Source: Candidatus Aenigmatarchaeota archaeon
GTDB taxonomy: Archaea; Aenigmatarchaeota; Aenigmatarchaeia; QMZP01; QMZT01
NCBI GenBank assembly: GCA_043808015.1
Contig: JAZDFI010000016.1
Location: 1-29,049, forward strand
Length of the DNA stretch: 29,049 nucleotides
Reading direction: 5' to 3'
In this document: positions 25,398 through 29,049 of the stretch, piece after piece
How positions within the stretch are numbered: the stretch's first letter is position 1
Layout: each line of letters begins with the position of its first letter
Notes under the pieces: model-generated
The model's database searches: none
What the model was told of the DNA's origin: nothing
Seen by the model: only the letters and a program-made list of their open reading frames with translations
Program-made: the position numbers and the translations under genes

Positions 25398-26801
25398 CTA
25401 GAAGTAAACGCTTTCCTTGCTGTCCCACTTCGCAAAACTTTTCTTTATGATGTATAACGCCAGCACCATCAAAACAGGGCTGGCGAGCAGATAAAGGGGA
25501 TTGATTATGGAGAGGATTATCATGGGCAGCAGCACCGGCGAGGCGGCCAGCAAAAACATGACGAATATCTTTGCATTGTAAAGGAGGATGTTTGGAAAGA
25601 GCCCCGTCAGGTATATTTTGATGGACAGCGTGAAAGAGGAAATCGAGATGAATGCTGCCACGGCGAATATTAAATCCTGGAACTGGTTAAGCCACGCCGC
25701 CGTTAAAAACAGGATTGAAAGCGGGACGATGTTGATGATTGCATAGCCTTTTATCTTGCTTTTGATCAGGGTCGAAACTTTAACCGGCAGGAAAACGTAC
25801 GATGTGAAGATATCGAATTCCGTGAGCCATTCGTATATCGACGACGCGAGCACGCCCATGAGAATCGAGAACACCAGCAGGAAATCGGCGATGGGCACGA
25901 ACTTCAGGAACACGAATAGTAACACCCAGATGAATGCCACGGGAAATATGAAGGCGAACAGTATTTTTCCAAGGCCGCCCTCGCTTCTCTGCATGTCGAT
26001 GAAGTCCTTGGATATGAAGTGCGGGTTCCCCAAAAAATCAAGTTTTTTCGAAAGACCTGCCAGCGAGTTTATGTAAAGTCGTTTCTTCTCCGGATAGTCC
26101 ATTTTCGGGAAGGCCAGCGACGCGGAAGAAGGGACGACTATCAGAAACAATGCAAACGCGAGGTCTTCCCATGAATGCGTGACGAAAAATGAGAATGAGG
26201 GCAGCGAGCCCAGCAGGTCAACGCCGAAATAGAAGCCCAGAAAGATTAACGGAACCCCGGTTACGACCAGAAGACTGGATAGAATCCGGCTGGAGTGCGC
26301 ATAAAGCGTGGAGAGCAGGAACATGCCTGAGAGGCCGATGAGAAACGACAGCGAAAGGGTCGAGAAAACAAGCAGGTAATCGAGGCTGAAGACCATGAAA
26401 GGCAGCGCGAAAGCGAGGCCGGCCATGAACGGCAATATCCAGAATGAGAAATAGTAGATGACATCCTTTACGAAGAAGTTCATGAATATCGTCCTTTCGG
26501 ATACGGGCAGGCTTCTTGACGAATACGCTATCAGGCTGGCCTGGCCGAAGCGCCTGTTAATGATTTCCCTTCCATACAAGCCGAAAGCTCCGACGCTCAG
26601 ACCGAAGACGACAAAAGTATAATGAGCCAGCAGGGCGATTTTGTCAGCCGCCAGTATGGTCGTGAAAAGCGGCAGGAATAGCGAGCCTGCGAACGAGAAG
26701 ATGGCAATCATTACGGGGAAGAGAGCGAACATCATGCTCCCGAACATAGTCGAATGCGAGCGCCACTCCTCCTTCATCATGCTCTTCAGCAGTTCGAACA
26801 T
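25398..26801 (-). CDS. ABC exporter permease (polytopic membrane protein)
   Basis: 467 aa, about 12 TM in two repeats (KEEWR/KDF..R; SLPVS/FLPVK); ATG directly follows the ATPase stop. Confidence 0.8.
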   Translation of the reverse strand: MFELLKSMMKEEWRSHSTMFGSMMFALFPVMIAIFSFAGSLFLPLFTTILAADKIALLAHYTFVVFGLSVGAFGLYGREIINRRFGQASLIAYSSRSLPVSERTIFMNFFVKDVIYYFSFWILPFMAGLAFALPFMVFSLDYLLVFSTLSLSFLIGLSGMFLLSTLYAHSSRILSSLLVVTGVPLIFLGFYFGVDLLGSLPSFSFFVTHSWEDLAFALFLIVVPSSASLAFPKMDYPEKKRLYINSLAGLSKKLDFLGNPHFISKDFIDMQRSEGGLGKILFAFIFPVAFIWVLLFVFLKFVPIADFLLVFSILMGVLASSIYEWLTEFDIFTSYVFLPVKVSTLIKSKIKGYAIINIVPLSILFLTAAWLNQFQDLIFAVAAFISISSFTLSIKIYLTGLFPNILLYNAKIFVMFLLAASPVLLPMIILSIINPLYLLASPVLMVLALYIIKKSFAKWDSKESVYF

Positions 26802-27518
26802 TCAAGCCTCTTTCACCATTTTCAAAAACAATCCTTCAAGATGCTGTTTTTTTCTTTTAAGGTCCTTTATCCGGCCTTCGTAAATGATCCTGCCCTTGTC
26901 TATTATGGCTATTCTGGTGCATATCTCCTCGGCTATCTCAAGCACGTGCGTGGAGAAGAATATCGTCCCGCCCTTTTTCACGAAATCCTGGAGAAAGTCC
27001 TTTACCTTCCTCTGTATCACCGGGTCAAGGTTTATGAGCGGCTCGTCGATGAAGGCGAGCTTCGGCTCGTGGATGAAAGCCTGGGCGAACATGAGCTTCT
27101 GTCGCGTTCCCCTGGACAGGTCTTTGCACAGGGCGTCTTTCTGGTCCACGAATTCCAGGAATTTCAGCCAGTTTTCGCATCTTTTTTCCGCGTTTTCGAT
27201 TTTCCTTATTTTGCACACGAAATTCAGATACTCTTCCGCAGTCAGGAAGCTGGGCGGCGTCTCCTGCTCCGGGATTATGCCTACAAGCTCCTTTACCCGT
27301 ATGGGGTTTTTCAGGACGTCCACATTCATTACTCTTGCATCGCCATCGAGCGGCTTCAGCTGGCCGGTAAGCAATTTTATAGTTGTCGTTTTGCCTGAGC
27401 CATTCGGTCCCAGCAGGCCGAACAGCTCGCCCTTTTTGATCGAGAGCGACAAACCATCGACGGCTTTCAGCGTGCCAAATTTCTTCGTCAAATTCGACGC
27501 TTCAATAGCATATTCCAT
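26802..27518 (-). CDS. ABC transporter ATP-binding protein (multidrug/ABC-2 type)
   Basis: GPNGSGKTT, signature LSRGTRQK, Walker B FIDEP, STH; SD-like GGTGAT upstream. Confidence 0.95.
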   Translation of the reverse strand: MEYAIEASNLTKKFGTLKAVDGLSLSIKKGELFGLLGPNGSGKTTTIKLLTGQLKPLDGDARVMNVDVLKNPIRVKELVGIIPEQETPPSFLTAEEYLNFVCKIRKIENAEKRCENWLKFLEFVDQKDALCKDLSRGTRQKLMFAQAFIHEPKLAFIDEPLINLDPVIQRKVKDFLQDFVKKGGTIFFSTHVLEIAEEICTRIAIIDKGRIIYEGRIKDLKRKKQHLEGLFLKMVKEA

Positions 27519-27530
27519 AACATCACCAGA

Positions 27531-28244
27531 CTAATCGAGGTTCCACGGCACGAAGACCGCGGCTTCTTTCGCGCCCATTTCCCACGTGAGCGGCTTCACC
27601 TTTTCAGGGTCCTGCCTCTTGGGATAGACCCAGTATGCCGATACCAGTATGTCCCAGCCGACCCTTTTTTGCGTCCTCAAGTAGCAGCGCAGCTTCTTCA
27701 TGTAGTCGCAGATATACCACTCGCGCCCGCTGGGCTTGGCGTATTCCTTTCTTTTTATAGAGAGAAGGATTTCAAGCCATTCGTTGGCGACGCGCTTGTG
27801 GCCTATCTTCATCATGGCATCTATATCCTCTTTTATAGAAATAAAATCGCCCTTCGATAGCCTGACCTTGAAGTAAGGAAATGGATGAGAATGATAACCG
27901 CCTATGATTTCCGCGTCGAACGAGTCGATGGTGCGCACCACCCGCTTGAATGCGGCGACGTTGCCGTGGACGACTTCCGATGGTTTCCGCTCTTCTGTCT
28001 GGAACGGATACACTTCCTTTATCGTGACCACTTTCTTCCGCTCGTCCTTTATCGCCTTGATGGTGTTCGCGCCTAGTATGACGCCGTTGGTTTCGCGGTT
28101 GTAGACCTCTATCGCCGAAGTGATGAGGGTCTTGAAAGCGCGGCTCTCGATGAACACATCCCTGAACTCCGGCTGCTTGTCCGGTTTTACAAGTTCGACA
28201 TGTTTCGTCCGCTTCGGCCGTTTTTTCCCGGCGGGTTTTTTCAT
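27531..28244 (-). CDS. JAB/MPN+ (JAMM)-domain metalloprotease-like protein
   Basis: RETNGVILG (catalytic Glu pattern) and IIGGYHSHP-x8-SKGD; Lys/Arg-rich N-terminus; ATATTTAA about 30 nt upstream. Confidence 0.7.
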   Translation of the reverse strand: MKKPAGKKRPKRTKHVELVKPDKQPEFRDVFIESRAFKTLITSAIEVYNRETNGVILGANTIKAIKDERKKVVTIKEVYPFQTEERKPSEVVHGNVAAFKRVVRTIDSFDAEIIGGYHSHPFPYFKVRLSKGDFISIKEDIDAMMKIGHKRVANEWLEILLSIKRKEYAKPSGREWYICDYMKKLRCYLRTQKRVGWDILVSAYWVYPKRQDPEKVKPLTWEMGAKEAAVFVPWNLD

Positions 28245-28315
28245 GCTTAATAATTCGGGGTTCCCGTTAAATATGTTGAGTCGCGGGCCTACTCCAGAAA
28301 ATGCTGCACACCGCG

Positions 28316-28323
28316 TTTATAAA
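28316..28323 (+). promoter_or_regulatory. TATA box for the leader-ORF/wHTH transcript
   Basis: TTTATAAA, 30 nt before ATG 28346. Confidence 0.6.
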
Positions 28324-28345
28324 ACATGGCCCGCAATAAAATATT

Positions 28346-28450
28346 ATGCAAACATCGACCATACTCGGAAATGAATTTTCGATTCTTTCAGCCCAGGGTA
28401 TGGCCGATTTCAGGTATTCGCATTTGATGAAGTTTTGGCTTAAGTGCTAA
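28346..28450 (+). CDS. Candidate 34-aa leader peptide
   Basis: MQTSTILGNEFSILSAQGMADFRYSHLMKFWLKC; ATG at leaderless spacing from the TATA box; stop lies within a 14-bp hairpin. Confidence 0.45.
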   Translation: MQTSTILGNEFSILSAQGMADFRYSHLMKFWLKC

Positions 28451-28510
28451 AATTTCATCCCATTTCTAAATCGAATTCCTTCAAAACGAGGGTGTTTGGG
28501 ATGATTTTTA
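28354..28510 (+). promoter_or_regulatory. Structured 5' leader with alternative helices able to sequester the SD and start codon
   Basis: Hairpin 28354-28408; helix 28426-28439/28446-28459; alternative pairing 28455-28462 (TCATCCCA) with 28497-28504 (TGGGATGA); SD hairpin CCTTC/GAGGG at 28478-28492. Confidence 0.55.
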
Positions 28511-28833
28511 ATTACACTTCCGGGCTGAAAGAGGACTGTGGCGACATAAGCGTGAACGAGGTTCTCGACGCCGTTGTCAAACTGTCGAGCAAAATGCTTA
28601 ACCAGAGGAAAATCGAGATTCTGAAGGCGCTGGACGAGCAGCACGGCTCCAGAACGATTACGTCGGCAGTAGATGAAATATCGCAGCAGCTGTGCTGCCC
28701 CAAGTCGACTGTATGGATGAACATCAACTCGCTCAAGGAAGTGGGTCTTATAACGAACGGCTACGGGAAACCGGCGAAAGTCACGGCCGTAGGCATGATT
28801 GTGCTCAATACGATATCTAAGGAGAAAGCATGA
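28501..28833 (+). CDS. Winged helix-turn-helix protein, probable transcription regulator
   Basis: RKIEILKAL...TITSAVDEISQQLCCPKSTVWMNINSLKEVGLI...KVTAVG fits a wHTH; SD GAGGGTG 6 nt before ATG 28501 (track start 28444 is a GTG inside the leader). Confidence 0.8.
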   Translation: MIFNYTSGLKEDCGDISVNEVLDAVVKLSSKMLNQRKIEILKALDEQHGSRTITSAVDEISQQLCCPKSTVWMNINSLKEVGLITNGYGKPAKVTAVGMIVLNTISKEKA

Positions 28834-28863
28834 GACGCAAAAAACACACGGGTTTCGGGAAGT

Positions 28864-29049
28864 ATGGCGCAAAAAAACATTCGGGAGAAGGGGCTTCTGT
28901 TGAAGGCCCTGGAAGACGGGGTAATGAAAGCGATAGAGCTGTCTGCAGCCGGGGTGGTTGTAGGGCTCGAGCCGAAAGTCATAATGCTTTCATCGGCCGC
29001 GGTATTCGCAGGCTCGCTGACATACAAGCTGCTGTCGGCGAAGATGAAG
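28864..29049 (+). CDS. Hypothetical protein, partial (runs off the window end), possibly membrane-associated
   Basis: MAQKNIREKGLLLKALEDGVMKAIELSAAGVVVGLEPKVIMLSSAAVFAGSLTYKLLSAKMK...; a second frame from ATG 28830 is also open to the edge. Confidence 0.5.
   Translation, partial: MAQKNIREKGLLLKALEDGVMKAIELSAAGVVVGLEPKVIMLSSAAVFAGSLTYKLLSAKMK

Overview
Gene-dense archaeal chromosomal segment. GatDE, CDP-archaeol synthase, deoxyhypusine synthase, a Hef-type helicase, TATA-box promoters and a BHB-intron tRNA show it is archaeal. The compact, shuffled gene order suggests a DPANN lineage such as Aenigmatarchaeota, but that is inference only. It holds about 30 CDSs, mostly housekeeping (gatD, gatE, purA, guaB, DEAD-box helicase, NAD kinase, CorA-like, tmk, carS, rtcA, beta-CASP nuclease, dhs, tyrS, ABC exporter), plus tRNA-Ala(CGC) with a 44-nt D-loop intron. 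I found no mobile element or CRISPR array. The most interesting signals lie outside the supplied ORF track: (1) a 34-codon leader ORF overlapping mutually exclusive RNA helices that can hide the start codon of a wHTH regulator, resembling translational attenuation; (2) a Tyr/Phe-tailed 26-aa ORF upstream of tyrS; (3) a structured 5' leader with a uORF before the DEAD-box helicase; (4) a 25-nt palindrome inserted in the tRNA intron, with a look-alike elsewhere in the window; (5) a JAB/MPN metalloprotease heading an ABC exporter operon; (6) a Tat-signal, transglutaminase-like TPR protein. All calls come from motif recognition by eye; no searches or folding programs were run.
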